Origin: a virus
Taxonomy: Duplodnaviria; Caudoviricetes
Reading direction: 5' to 3' (one strand)
Virus record (IMG/VR): IMGVR_UViG_3300030104_003667
Span: 1-40,568 of that record
Length of the DNA: 40,568 nucleotides
The notes beneath the pieces are model-generated. The model was not told the origin of the DNA and searched no databases. It saw only the letters and a program-made list of their open reading frames with translations. A program made the translations under genes and the position numbers. Every line of letters starts with the position of its first letter. Positions within the stretch are counted from its first letter, which is position 1. Shown piece by piece: positions 9,810-18,166 of the stretch.

Positions 9810-9868
9810 TGGAACTAATTATTATTGGGATATTAACAATAATCTGGGCATACATAGTAATTGACTAA
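9809..9868 (+). CDS. 19-aa hydrophobic peptide MELIIIGILTIIWAYIVID
   Basis: Exactly fills the gap with TAATG stop/start overlaps at both ends. Confidence 0.55.
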   Translation: MELIIIGILTIIWAYIVID

Positions 9869-10224
9869 TGGCTAAAGAAACGACAGTTACGACAGTTACT
9901 AAACCAGATCCTCCAAAGCCGTTTAAACCGCAAATGACGGTGAATGAGAGGATTCAGGTCAGTAGGTTTATAGCGAGGTTTGCCATTGCCTTGTCGGCAC
10001 TTGGTATCTTTGCTTACGTAGTACACATCATGCTTGGTGCTTCTGCAGAACTGCCATCCTCATCCAAGGATCTTCTTAATATCCTGATCGGAGCGTTTAT
10101 TCCTATCATCGCGGGTATAGCAAAATTCTATTTTGAGTCAGGAGGTGATTTAGCACAGGAACCAGAGAAACACGAAATCCCACCTCATGGCGCAAAGGAA
10201 AACGGTGATCCAGAAACTACTTGA
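9868..10224 (+). CDS. Two-TM membrane protein, putative holin
   Basis: Two hydrophobic helices (FAIALSALGIFAYVVHIML; LLNILIGAFIPIIAGIAKFYF) upstream of the endolysin. Confidence 0.6.
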   Translation: MAKETTVTTVTKPDPPKPFKPQMTVNERIQVSRFIARFAIALSALGIFAYVVHIMLGASAELPSSSKDLLNILIGAFIPIIAGIAKFYFESGGDLAQEPEKHEIPPHGAKENGDPETT

Positions 10225-10273
10225 TTATTTGCATGCATATTTTAAACCCCAAACAGACGAAAGGACTGATAGT

Positions 10274-10471
10274 ATGCTTAACCTCGTATTGCCATTCGTG
10301 GCTAACATGTTGCGCGACATGGTCGTAGATAAAGCGCAGAGCCTAGCAGCCGAACATCTTGAAGAGCATATTGATAAGCTTCCTAAGGAAGTTAAACAAG
10401 CGCTTGACGACGCTGTTAACGGTGATAACTCTCACGGGCATAAGTCCGTCGTTGATCTTATCAAAGGATAG
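10274..10471 (+). CDS. Hypothetical protein in lysis cassette (65 aa)
   Basis: ATG 10274 preceded by AAGGA; the longer track start overlaps the upstream gene. Confidence 0.55.
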   Translation: MLNLVLPFVANMLRDMVVDKAQSLAAEHLEEHIDKLPKEVKQALDDAVNGDNSHGHKSVVDLIKG

Positions 10472-10481
10472 ACTCATTGCC

Positions 10482-10997
10482 ATGCAGATCAGCAAAAACT
10501 TTAGTCTACAAGAGCTGGTCTACTCACCAACTGCAATTCACGCAGGAATAGATCAAGAAAAATATCTTGACACGAACGCTGTAGCACGGATCACGGCCCT
10601 AGTGCTAAAGGTGCTGCAGCCTGTTCGAGATCAATTTGGCGCTACCAAGGTCAACAGTTGTTTCAGGTCAGAGGCTCTGAATGAACTGGTCAATGGTTCT
10701 AGTAAGAGTCAGCACTGTTGTCAGAGTACGGCAGCTGCTGCTGACATTGAGATTGCCAGTGAATCAATCAGCAACTTAGAGCTAGCAGAGTGGATTAGGG
10801 ATAACCTGGAGTTTGACCAGCTGATATTAGAGAACTATGCACCTGATCGTGTCAGCAGAATTACCGGTAAACCTGAGGGCCCTAACTCAGGCTGGGTGCA
10901 CGTGTCTTACAGCAGTACTGGTGACAACAGAAAGCAAGTGCTGCGGATGATCAAGAAAAATGGAAAAGCAAAGTACTACGAGGGTTTGTCTGAGTGA
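10482..10997 (+). CDS. Endolysin, peptidase M15 family
   Basis: MQISKNFSLQEL..SPTA; FRS..LN..VNGSSKSQH; AADI; FDQLILE; WVHVSY. Confidence 0.9.
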   Translation: MQISKNFSLQELVYSPTAIHAGIDQEKYLDTNAVARITALVLKVLQPVRDQFGATKVNSCFRSEALNELVNGSSKSQHCCQSTAAAADIEIASESISNLELAEWIRDNLEFDQLILENYAPDRVSRITGKPEGPNSGWVHVSYSSTGDNRKQVLRMIKKNGKAKYYEGLSE

Positions 10998-11140
10998 AGC
11001 TTTACGTACTTGTTTCCTCGGATACGTGGTCTTATGTCTCTCACTTTTCGCTGTGGCGCTTTTATTGCTCGCAAGGTCTCGACACTGACTCCAAGAAAGT
11101 CTGCCTCTAGTTCCTCACCGGTCCAAGCCAGTCTCTCCAC
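10976..11140 (-). CDS. Possible small HTH-like protein (start uncertain)
   Basis: EADFLGVSVETLR resembles an HTH helix pair; fills the gap between the SNF2 end and the endolysin end. Confidence 0.35.
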   Translation of the reverse strand: MERLAWTGEELEADFLGVSVETLRAIKAPQRKVRDIRPRIRGNKYVKLHSDKPS

Positions 11141-12564
11141 TGCTCGTTCATCACAGTGCTTGCAACCTGTTTCTTTGACCTCAGGGCCTTGATGATCTTC
11201 TCGTCTATTGTTCCTGGACATACTAGATCTACATAGTTGACGTTTTTAGTTTGACCAATGCGATGTGCACGGTCCTCTGACTGCAGCCGATGCTCTAGAT
11301 TGTGGCTGTTAGAATAGTATACTACCGTGTTTGCAGCAGTTAGTGTAATACCCATACCACCTGTCTGCGGATTGCCTACAAAAAAACGGCAGTCAGGATC
11401 CTCCTGAAACCTTTTAATATTCTCTGGTCTTTCCTTGGGATTGATGCCACCGTAGTACATGACCATGGACTCAGCGCCATACTTCTTGACGATAGCTTCT
11501 TTGATGTGCATCAGGTCATTGATATACGTGGCCCAGATAATTACCTTAGACGGTGCCTCGTCTAGTACGTCAACCAGTTCCTGTATGCGATTGTTTGGCA
11601 GACTGACATACTCGCCACTGTCAGAGGTATAGTTGCCGCAGGTAATCTGATGCAGCCTGAGCAGTTGTACCAAGGCATTGCTGGCACTGATAACCTCTCC
11701 TTCAAAGTCACCAATTGCAAAGTCTGACACTTGGTTGTACAACTTCTTCTGTTCAGGAGTCAGTGTCACGTAACGGTACTGATAGGTCTTGGCAGGCAGA
11801 TCAAGGCACTGGTCCTTGAGACAGCGGTAGCTGTAGTCACCAATGGCACTAGACAGTTCAGTCAGTCTCTGGTAACCTACGATCTTCTTAAAACTTCTCA
11901 TGCCAAGCTTCTGATCTATCATGACTGCATACCTGTTCCTAAAACTGTAGTAGCTGCTGAAACCAAGGATGGCAGAGTTGAGAAACTGCAGCTGCGTGTA
12001 GAGATCTAACGGGCTCCTGGTCACAGGCTCACCAGTCAGAATCCGGCGGTACCTAGTCATATTGCCAAGCTTGATGAGGTTCTTAGTCCTCCTGGCACTA
12101 GGATTCTTGATCGTAGTTGACTCATCTACAATCATCATGGTTGACATGCATGACGTGAGAAACTTGTCAACAAACTTGTAGCCCTTGGCAGTGCTGAATG
12201 CCTCGACATTGATGATCAAGATCCTGAGATCTAAGGATGATTGCCTGAGCTTGTCAAGTGCCTCCTTGTCCTTCTTACGGGGCTGTGCAGCCCACACGGC
12301 CACATGAGCAAGCACGTGTTCTGGCATGTGCTCAGGGATCTCTTTTGTAGACCAGTTAAGGTAAGCACCTTTCGGAGCAACAATCACAACCGAGTCAATC
12401 TTGCCCTTGTCATATAGCCAGGCAATGTTGTCAATGATCACCTTAGATTTGCCGGTGCCCATCTCCATGAACAAGGCATATTCGTCTTTGTCTTTACACG
12501 TGTCCCAGGCTTCTTGCTGGTGTGCGTATGGTTTAGTCTTAAATCGATACATGTTAGAGGTCAT
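11107..12564 (-). CDS. SNF2-family (SF2) helicase
   Basis: ALFMEMGTGKS, IVDESTTIKN, LTGEP, GGMGITLTAA, QSEDRAHRIGQ. Confidence 0.95.
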   Translation of the reverse strand: MTSNMYRFKTKPYAHQQEAWDTCKDKDEYALFMEMGTGKSKVIIDNIAWLYDKGKIDSVVIVAPKGAYLNWSTKEIPEHMPEHVLAHVAVWAAQPRKKDKEALDKLRQSSLDLRILIINVEAFSTAKGYKFVDKFLTSCMSTMMIVDESTTIKNPSARRTKNLIKLGNMTRYRRILTGEPVTRSPLDLYTQLQFLNSAILGFSSYYSFRNRYAVMIDQKLGMRSFKKIVGYQRLTELSSAIGDYSYRCLKDQCLDLPAKTYQYRYVTLTPEQKKLYNQVSDFAIGDFEGEVISASNALVQLLRLHQITCGNYTSDSGEYVSLPNNRIQELVDVLDEAPSKVIIWATYINDLMHIKEAIVKKYGAESMVMYYGGINPKERPENIKRFQEDPDCRFFVGNPQTGGMGITLTAANTVVYYSNSHNLEHRLQSEDRAHRIGQTKNVNYVDLVCPGTIDEKIIKALRSKKQVASTVMNEQWRDWLGPVRN

Positions 12565-14020
12565 AGAATAATCTCGATTGAGGTTGTATGATGTTCAGTC
12601 CCTTCTTAGCTCTGGTCACTGCTACGTAGAACACGCGATGCTCGTCATCTAGGTTGTTCTGCATGTGGTAATATGACCTAGCTGCAAGGTCCGTGATCAC
12701 TGCAACGTGATCTGCTTCTGCACCTTTCACACCATGGATAGTATTGATCTTGATCCGTGGCTTTAGCAGGCTCTCACCTTGTCTGCGCGCAGCCAGAAAG
12801 TACTCACGCAACGTGGGACTGATGTTGTCAAAGCAGTCAAACCAGTGATAATAGTTGACAGGCAGATCGTCAATGCTGTAGATGTTTTCATTGTCTATAA
12901 GTTTCATCTTAAATCCATGGAAACGCCTGACAATCCTCAATCTCTTGCCTGAGATTGACTGGCCCTTGCCTAGCTCAGTCCATGCTCTGATGGCCTCTAA
13001 TGCAGAGGACTGCAGTGGTTTACGGCTAGGACTTTCGTATGGGAAGCCAGACTCTTCGCAGATTCTCTCGTACTCTTTTAGCAGGTAGCCGTTGCGTGCT
13101 AGCAGCAGCCAGTCACCTTGACTGAGGTCTAGGTCTGCAGGTCTGAAGTACCAGTCAACATAGCCTTGGTCACCGTTGTGTGCAAACTCCTTGGTCTTCC
13201 TGTAGGAGATCTCATCTAAGATGCCAAGTGCCTGTTGCCAGACATTCTGAGGCAGTCGGTAAGAGTGAGACAGCACCGTCTTTTGACCAGGAAGAGTGAG
13301 GAAGTCCTCGACAGAAGCACCTGCCCAGCGATAGATAGCCTGGTCATCGTCTCCTGCGACATACTTCTCAGGTACACGCTCACCTATCTTCTTAACCACT
13401 TCCCACTGCAGACGTGACAGGTCCTGTGCTTCGTCTACAAACAACGCGTCAAGCGGTGGCACCAGACCCTCGTGTAAATATTTTTCGAGTAGGTCTGTAA
13501 AATCGATTAATTTATGTTTTTGTTTATACCTGGCCAGGGCTTTAGAAAGCAAGACAAGCTGGTCATAGCTCAGGTCATCATCAATCGTTTCCTCGTAGAC
13601 GTCTCTAAGACTTTTCTGGGTTATTCTAGACAGGTTATCTAGGAAGAACATGCGGTCACCGACCGGTGATGCAGCGTAGAGCTCCTCATTCATCTCTGAA
13701 CCCTGGGTCTCAATGCCAAGGTAGTCGCCTAGCTGCGCGTAATGATCTTTCTGCATCATCATGCTAGGTTCCATGAGCAGCTGGACAAAGCAAAAACTGT
13801 GAATAGTCCTGAACCAGAACAGATCGTCTTTGCTGAAGTCAAACTTTTCTTGTGCCCTGCTTCTAGCTTCTAATGCTGCCTTTCTGGTAAAGGCGATGTA
13901 AGCTATCTTGCCAGGGATGGCACCAGCGTCTAGCTGAGCCTCCACAAAGTTCATGCCAAAGGTCGTCTTGCCAGTACCTGGCGGACCAAAGACAAGTTTC
14001 CAATCAGAAGATGTCCTCAT
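12554..14020 (-). CDS. UvrD/Rep-like SF1 helicase
   Basis: GPPGTGKTT, AFTRKAA, VDEAQD, GDDDQAIY, TIHGVKGAE, FYVAVTRAK. Confidence 0.95.
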   Translation of the reverse strand: MRTSSDWKLVFGPPGTGKTTFGMNFVEAQLDAGAIPGKIAYIAFTRKAALEARSRAQEKFDFSKDDLFWFRTIHSFCFVQLLMEPSMMMQKDHYAQLGDYLGIETQGSEMNEELYAASPVGDRMFFLDNLSRITQKSLRDVYEETIDDDLSYDQLVLLSKALARYKQKHKLIDFTDLLEKYLHEGLVPPLDALFVDEAQDLSRLQWEVVKKIGERVPEKYVAGDDDQAIYRWAGASVEDFLTLPGQKTVLSHSYRLPQNVWQQALGILDEISYRKTKEFAHNGDQGYVDWYFRPADLDLSQGDWLLLARNGYLLKEYERICEESGFPYESPSRKPLQSSALEAIRAWTELGKGQSISGKRLRIVRRFHGFKMKLIDNENIYSIDDLPVNYYHWFDCFDNISPTLREYFLAARRQGESLLKPRIKINTIHGVKGAEADHVAVITDLAARSYYHMQNNLDDEHRVFYVAVTRAKKGLNIIQPQSRLFYDL

Positions 14021-15497
14021 CTTCCTCTCTTTCTAACTCTGTTGGACCTTCAAAGTCTTCTTCATGTTGTTCGAACTCAGGGATCGACCAGCAGTTTACA
14101 CCTTTGCCTTTGCAATTGAAGAAGTGGTGTTCTGCCTGATTGTTCTTTAGTATTGCAGTGATCTGATGAACCTTATAATCTCTGAAGTGTACTCTTTCAA
14201 AATATGCCATCAAGTCTGCAATCCTAAAATAGTGTCGGTTGTTTTCTGTCCATGGTTTACCTAGCAACAGCTCATCTCTGTTCTTAGCTCTGACTCTCCC
14301 TGTACAGAATCGTTCGATGTGCTCGAACATCTGACCAATGGGACTGGCATCAACAGGAGCCTCAACGATTGTCAGATTCTCAAACAGATTATTGATCAAC
14401 TGATTCCAGGAGGTCTCATTCATCTTGGCTGGCATGGTGTTTAGCTTCTCCATGCACTTGCGCTGAAACCTGCGTTGATTCTGTAGGTCATCAGTCTCAA
14501 GCTCTAGTCTGCCGCCACCTTCTACGTCAAGAAACCAGAGTGGTGGGTTGCTGTCAAACTTAGTCAGCGAGTGAATCATCGGTGTGTTGGCATCATCGTC
14601 AATACCGTACTTGCGCAGCTTACATACGGCAGCATTACAGAAGGCAGCGATTGGCGGACGACTGCAAGTGTAGTGATATTCTTTTCTCTTTGCACTCTTG
14701 ACAACACCTTGGACCTCGTTACTGCCTAAAGGTGGTGCCATGCACTGCACGTTATAACTCTCTAGTTCCTGTTGCCAGTTGTCAGGATTTTTCTTACGGC
14801 AGTAGACTGCCACGTTAAACAAGCCGTTGTTCCTGGTACCTTGTGGAAACCCTTGTTGTGCCAGATGCTGCAAGCACGGAGGACCGTCGTCAAACAACTC
14901 AGCACCTCTAGGTATGACAAGACCATCAAACTCGTGTGGTGCCAGCTGTGCCTCTTGCGCACGTTGCATGAATGTCTTGGCCGGCATGTTGTTGCACCAG
15001 CGTTCCTGACCAAAGTATGGCATGTTGATCCACTGACCAACGTCACCACGTTCTGCAAGGATGTGAGTTTGTTTAGGAAAAATCTCAGAGCCGCCAAAGC
15101 CTAGTAGTGACGCGATGTCATTCAGCTTCTGTTGCATATCTACCGCGGGAACCCAGTCGCGAACGAATAAATACAGATGTACGCCTCCTGATTTACTCTT
15201 GCAAGGAAACAGAGGAAGGTGATACTTGTCTAGCTTCTGGTTGATGTCTGAAAAGTCTAAGCCGTCATAGGTGTCAATGTCGATGGCGCCAAACCTGCAC
15301 ATAGAGGCATCATTGATAGGTACAATGCCTAGGCCCCGTTCGCCTTCTAAATGTTTTTTCCACTTGTCAAGGGTGACCTCTTCTCTGACAGTCCTAGCAG
15401 CCCCTTGCTTCTTACCATCAGCTCGTTGGCCCTTGATCTCGTATTCTCCATGAGCTCTGACAAGGCCCATGAATAAGTCAAAAAATTCTTGTTCCAT
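14004..15497 (-). CDS. AEP-superfamily primase with PriCT-like domain
   Basis: GAIDID, SKSGGVHLY, EIFPKQ, INMPYF, PPCL..GTRNNGLF; start reassigned to ATG 15497. Confidence 0.85.
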   Translation of the reverse strand: MEQEFFDLFMGLVRAHGEYEIKGQRADGKKQGAARTVREEVTLDKWKKHLEGERGLGIVPINDASMCRFGAIDIDTYDGLDFSDINQKLDKYHLPLFPCKSKSGGVHLYLFVRDWVPAVDMQQKLNDIASLLGFGGSEIFPKQTHILAERGDVGQWINMPYFGQERWCNNMPAKTFMQRAQEAQLAPHEFDGLVIPRGAELFDDGPPCLQHLAQQGFPQGTRNNGLFNVAVYCRKKNPDNWQQELESYNVQCMAPPLGSNEVQGVVKSAKRKEYHYTCSRPPIAAFCNAAVCKLRKYGIDDDANTPMIHSLTKFDSNPPLWFLDVEGGGRLELETDDLQNQRRFQRKCMEKLNTMPAKMNETSWNQLINNLFENLTIVEAPVDASPIGQMFEHIERFCTGRVRAKNRDELLLGKPWTENNRHYFRIADLMAYFERVHFRDYKVHQITAILKNNQAEHHFFNCKGKGVNCWSIPEFEQHEEDFEGPTELEREEDEDIF

Positions 15498-15502
15498 GTT
15501 GT

Positions 15503-15518
15503 AGGGCCCGAAGGCCCT
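15503..15518 (-). terminator. GC hairpin with cUUCGg loop between SSB and primase (terminator or stability element)
   Basis: Minus strand AGGGCC-TTCG-GGCCCT; no U-tract. Confidence 0.5.
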
Positions 15519-15522
15519 TTGA

Positions 15523-16263
15523 TTAGAATTGTGGGATGTCGTCTTGCTGCTCAGGAGGGAGGGGCCCCTGCTGATTTGCAAACGCGGTGTGGCCAAAGTC
15601 TTTTGCTGTAGCATACAGATGAGCATTGTCGACTGGCCCTATGAGTTCAATGTTCCAACCATACCAGCTGCCTTTCTCGTTCTTTTCTAACGTGCTTGAC
15701 AGCTTGTACTTGTGGCTGAATCGTGCTGGTGTGTACATGGCACCTGCCTTAGTTTGCATCTTGATGCCTGCAATTAGACTGTTCCAGCGCCTGTTTTTCT
15801 TCAACTGAGTGCTTGTCATCACGATCAAGGCACGTTCAGTATTGACCTCGTCATCCATTGGATGAGCGAGAACAAAGTGGTTTGCAGTCTCAACAAGCTG
15901 ATTTCCATTCATGCTCAGAAGCTTACCTTCGACACGGCTTGCTCCTGCGACTGTTGGACTGTCAATCTCGTGTACACCTACGAGACCACCACCCTGTTCT
16001 CGTGGAATCCATTCCACAAAGTTTCTCTTGTATGCACATGGTATGACAGTGATCTCATCATATCCAACCTCAGAGACTGTGTTGAATATCTGACCAGCTT
16101 TCATGTCATGCGTGTCTATCTGCGGTGACATCTTTTGCAAGAGTGTCAGGTACGGAATAGCGTAATCTTGACTAGTAAGATCACCTAAACCATCATCGGC
16201 ATCTGCTGAGAAATCAATGTTTGTCAGCGCTTGCTCTTTTTGTTTTGCTATATCACGAGCCAT
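15523..16263 (-). CDS. Putative single-stranded DNA-binding protein
   Basis: Acidic/aromatic tail DDIPQF; EKNEKGSWYGW; replication context; start reassigned to ATG 16263. Confidence 0.7.
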   Translation of the reverse strand: MARDIAKQKEQALTNIDFSADADDGLGDLTSQDYAIPYLTLLQKMSPQIDTHDMKAGQIFNTVSEVGYDEITVIPCAYKRNFVEWIPREQGGGLVGVHEIDSPTVAGASRVEGKLLSMNGNQLVETANHFVLAHPMDDEVNTERALIVMTSTQLKKNRRWNSLIAGIKMQTKAGAMYTPARFSHKYKLSSTLEKNEKGSWYGWNIELIGPVDNAHLYATAKDFGHTAFANQQGPLPPEQQDDIPQF

Positions 16264-16267
16264 GATA

Positions 16268-16798
16268 TTACCCTTTCTTGATGGTTGTTTTCTGCCCAAT
16301 GAATACACCTAGCAGGTCAAGGGGCAGTGACTTGCCTGCTTCTACTTGCTCACGCACAAAGGCGCGCAACGTAGATGAGTGAACACCGGTCTTGTCAGTG
16401 TATGATAGACCTGTGCTTTGTAAGCTTTCACGCAGCGTGTCAGCACGGTCGTCTTCGCCACGACCAAAGTCGACTGACACTGTGTTCTTAATAAGGTCCC
16501 CATGGTTGTTGTCACGCAACCAGTCAAGTGCCTCGTTAATCCTGTCTTTAGGAATACTGGCGCTATAGTATGGTTGTACAGTGACTTTGTCACCATCCTG
16601 AAGCTTGAACTCTGACATACCGACCTCGGCCATTGCCTCCGGTATGTCGGTCTGACTGACCTGCTTGTGTTCTTGCTTCAACATCTTCAGTTGTTCTTCT
16701 ATCAGAGCAATCTCATGCTCTAGCTCAAGCTGCTGGTTAGCAAGCTTGCTGATCTTTGACAGCTGACTGTCGTCTACCTCTACAATTTCTTCTTTCAT
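16268..16798 (-). CDS. Conserved phage replication-region protein (coiled-coil N-terminus)
   Basis: IPEAM.E.G..F.L.DG..V; WLRDN.HGDLIK; VH..TL.AFVREQ. Confidence 0.7.
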   Translation of the reverse strand: MKEEIVEVDDSQLSKISKLANQQLELEHEIALIEEQLKMLKQEHKQVSQTDIPEAMAEVGMSEFKLQDGDKVTVQPYYSASIPKDRINEALDWLRDNNHGDLIKNTVSVDFGRGEDDRADTLRESLQSTGLSYTDKTGVHSSTLRAFVREQVEAGKSLPLDLLGVFIGQKTTIKKG

Positions 16799-17031
16799 TA
16801 TTTATTCTCGAAATAATTTTCATCTAAACCTATTAAAATTTCAAGAGGAACATTGACCCTTGGTTTAAACCTGTCAACGTCATCTTCGTGCGTGTCAGTG
16901 ATTTTTTGTATCACACCTCCTTTCTCAAAAAATTTTTTCATAGCAATTTGTATTTCTTCCCTAGTTATATTTTGGGTCTTGTACCTGCTTGCAGCAAAGT
17001 ACTTACCAATGGATAGTTTACCGTAGTTCAT
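16798..17031 (-). CDS. Small AT-rich protein with SutA-like RNA-polymerase-binding motif
   Basis: EEIQIAMKKFFEKGGVIQKI. Confidence 0.5.
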   Translation of the reverse strand: MNYGKLSIGKYFAASRYKTQNITREEIQIAMKKFFEKGGVIQKITDTHEDDVDRFKPRVNVPLEILIGLDENYFENK

Positions 17032-17342
17032 GTCATCTTCGTGTATAAGTCAACCTCAATAGGAAAGTATTGCCTCTCCTGGCGATCCCACTTCAATAGT
17101 CGCATCTTGCCGTTGTTTCTCTCACAAGCAACAGCACCTGCGATTGCAATGGCTGCAGGGTCTCCCATTAAAAGCAAATAGTCATTGTCACTAAAGTGAC
17201 TTAGCTTTTCTCGCAAACGCCTTACAGTAGGAGCAGGCGAGTATGCTACCTGACCCGCTGGCAGCAGTATCTTGATGTCACCGAACTTGGCAGCTGGCAA
17301 GAGGTTCTTGCCTATTGCTTCTTGTACAACAAAGACAGTCAT
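17028..17342 (-). CDS. Conserved hypothetical phage protein (alpha/beta)
   Basis: Coupled ATGA overlaps; DYLLLMGDP, LLKWDRQE. Confidence 0.7.
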   Translation of the reverse strand: MTVFVVQEAIGKNLLPAAKFGDIKILLPAGQVAYSPAPTVRRLREKLSHFSDNDYLLLMGDPAAIAIAGAVACERNNGKMRLLKWDRQERQYFPIEVDLYTKMT

Positions 17343-17779
17343 GGTGCAAAGATGGCTTTACGAACTAGTTTCCAGTCGTATGGTTTAGAAAAGCAATATG
17401 AGTCCTCAGTAAAAAACTCACTGACTAAGACTCTGATTGATTTATTTTTCATTGGTATCCAATGCTCCTGTGCGTCAAGAAACGTGTGACCATGGACAAT
17501 CAACAGATGAGGCACGCGCTGGCCTTTCTGATAATAGTTCCACTGTATGACAAACTTAGCATTGCCTTGTTCTTTCATACGCTGCTGAAACCAGGCAACC
17601 TGTGATGGTTTAAAATACACAAAGTTGCCCTTACACACTTTCATCTCAAGCCAGACCTCGTTGCCCTCGTAACAAACATTGACGTCTGGACACCCGACAC
17701 CTACGACGTTTTCAATACGACAGAGGTGTCCGGGTAGATTATTCTTGACCAATCTCCACAGGGAAGACTCCGGGCTCAT
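17339..17779 (-). CDS. PD-(D/E)xK nuclease, VRR-NUC/Holliday junction resolvase-like
   Basis: E..LW..RIEN..GVGCPDV..WLEMK..PSQVAW; start reassigned to ATG 17779. Confidence 0.8.
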   Translation of the reverse strand: MSPESSLWRLVKNNLPGHLCRIENVVGVGCPDVNVCYEGNEVWLEMKVCKGNFVYFKPSQVAWFQQRMKEQGNAKFVIQWNYYQKGQRVPHLLIVHGHTFLDAQEHWIPMKNKSIRVLVSEFFTEDSYCFSKPYDWKLVRKAIFAP

Positions 17780-18107
17780 CTCCGTTCTCCAGGAAAGCTG
17801 CTGCATAGTAGACTTCCTCATACGCACGGTATGTGTTCATGTCTACTCGTTTCTCATTCAGCAGATGGTTTTTAAAATTAGGATAGTTGATCTGATTGAT
17901 CTGACGAATCATTACATCCCAGAAGCCGTCACGGTCGACCATAGCACGATAGCGATAGTCAGCCTTGGGAAGCTTATGAATGCGAGTTTCTGTACCCTTA
18001 AACAATTCACGAAGCACGTTTGGCTCGCGTGAACGTACGAGAAGCATGTTAGGGTCTTCTCTGTGCTGTACGACAGAGACCATGCCATGTTGAGTAAATA
18101 ACCACAT
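17739..18107 (-). CDS. Conserved hypothetical phage protein
   Basis: Strong RBS AAAGGAG; MWLFT..G..S.V; LLVRSR; DYRYRA; INYPNFK. Confidence 0.75.
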   Translation of the reverse strand: MWLFTQHGMVSVVQHREDPNMLLVRSREPNVLRELFKGTETRIHKLPKADYRYRAMVDRDGFWDVMIRQINQINYPNFKNHLLNEKRVDMNTYRAYEEVYYAAAFLENGDEPGVFPVEIGQE

Positions 18108-18137
18108 ATATTCTCCTTTCTTATAATATACGTTTTT

Positions 18138-18166
18138 ATTGTATTATATTATTGACACAATGTAAA
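18138..18166 (-). promoter_or_regulatory. Sigma70-like promoter TTTACA-17-TACAAT
   Basis: AT-rich gap after the polA stop; exact 17-bp spacing. Confidence 0.7.

Noticed and set aside
10976-11221. Excisionase indicating lysogeny
   Set aside because: Only a short HTH-like resemblance; no integrase or att site found
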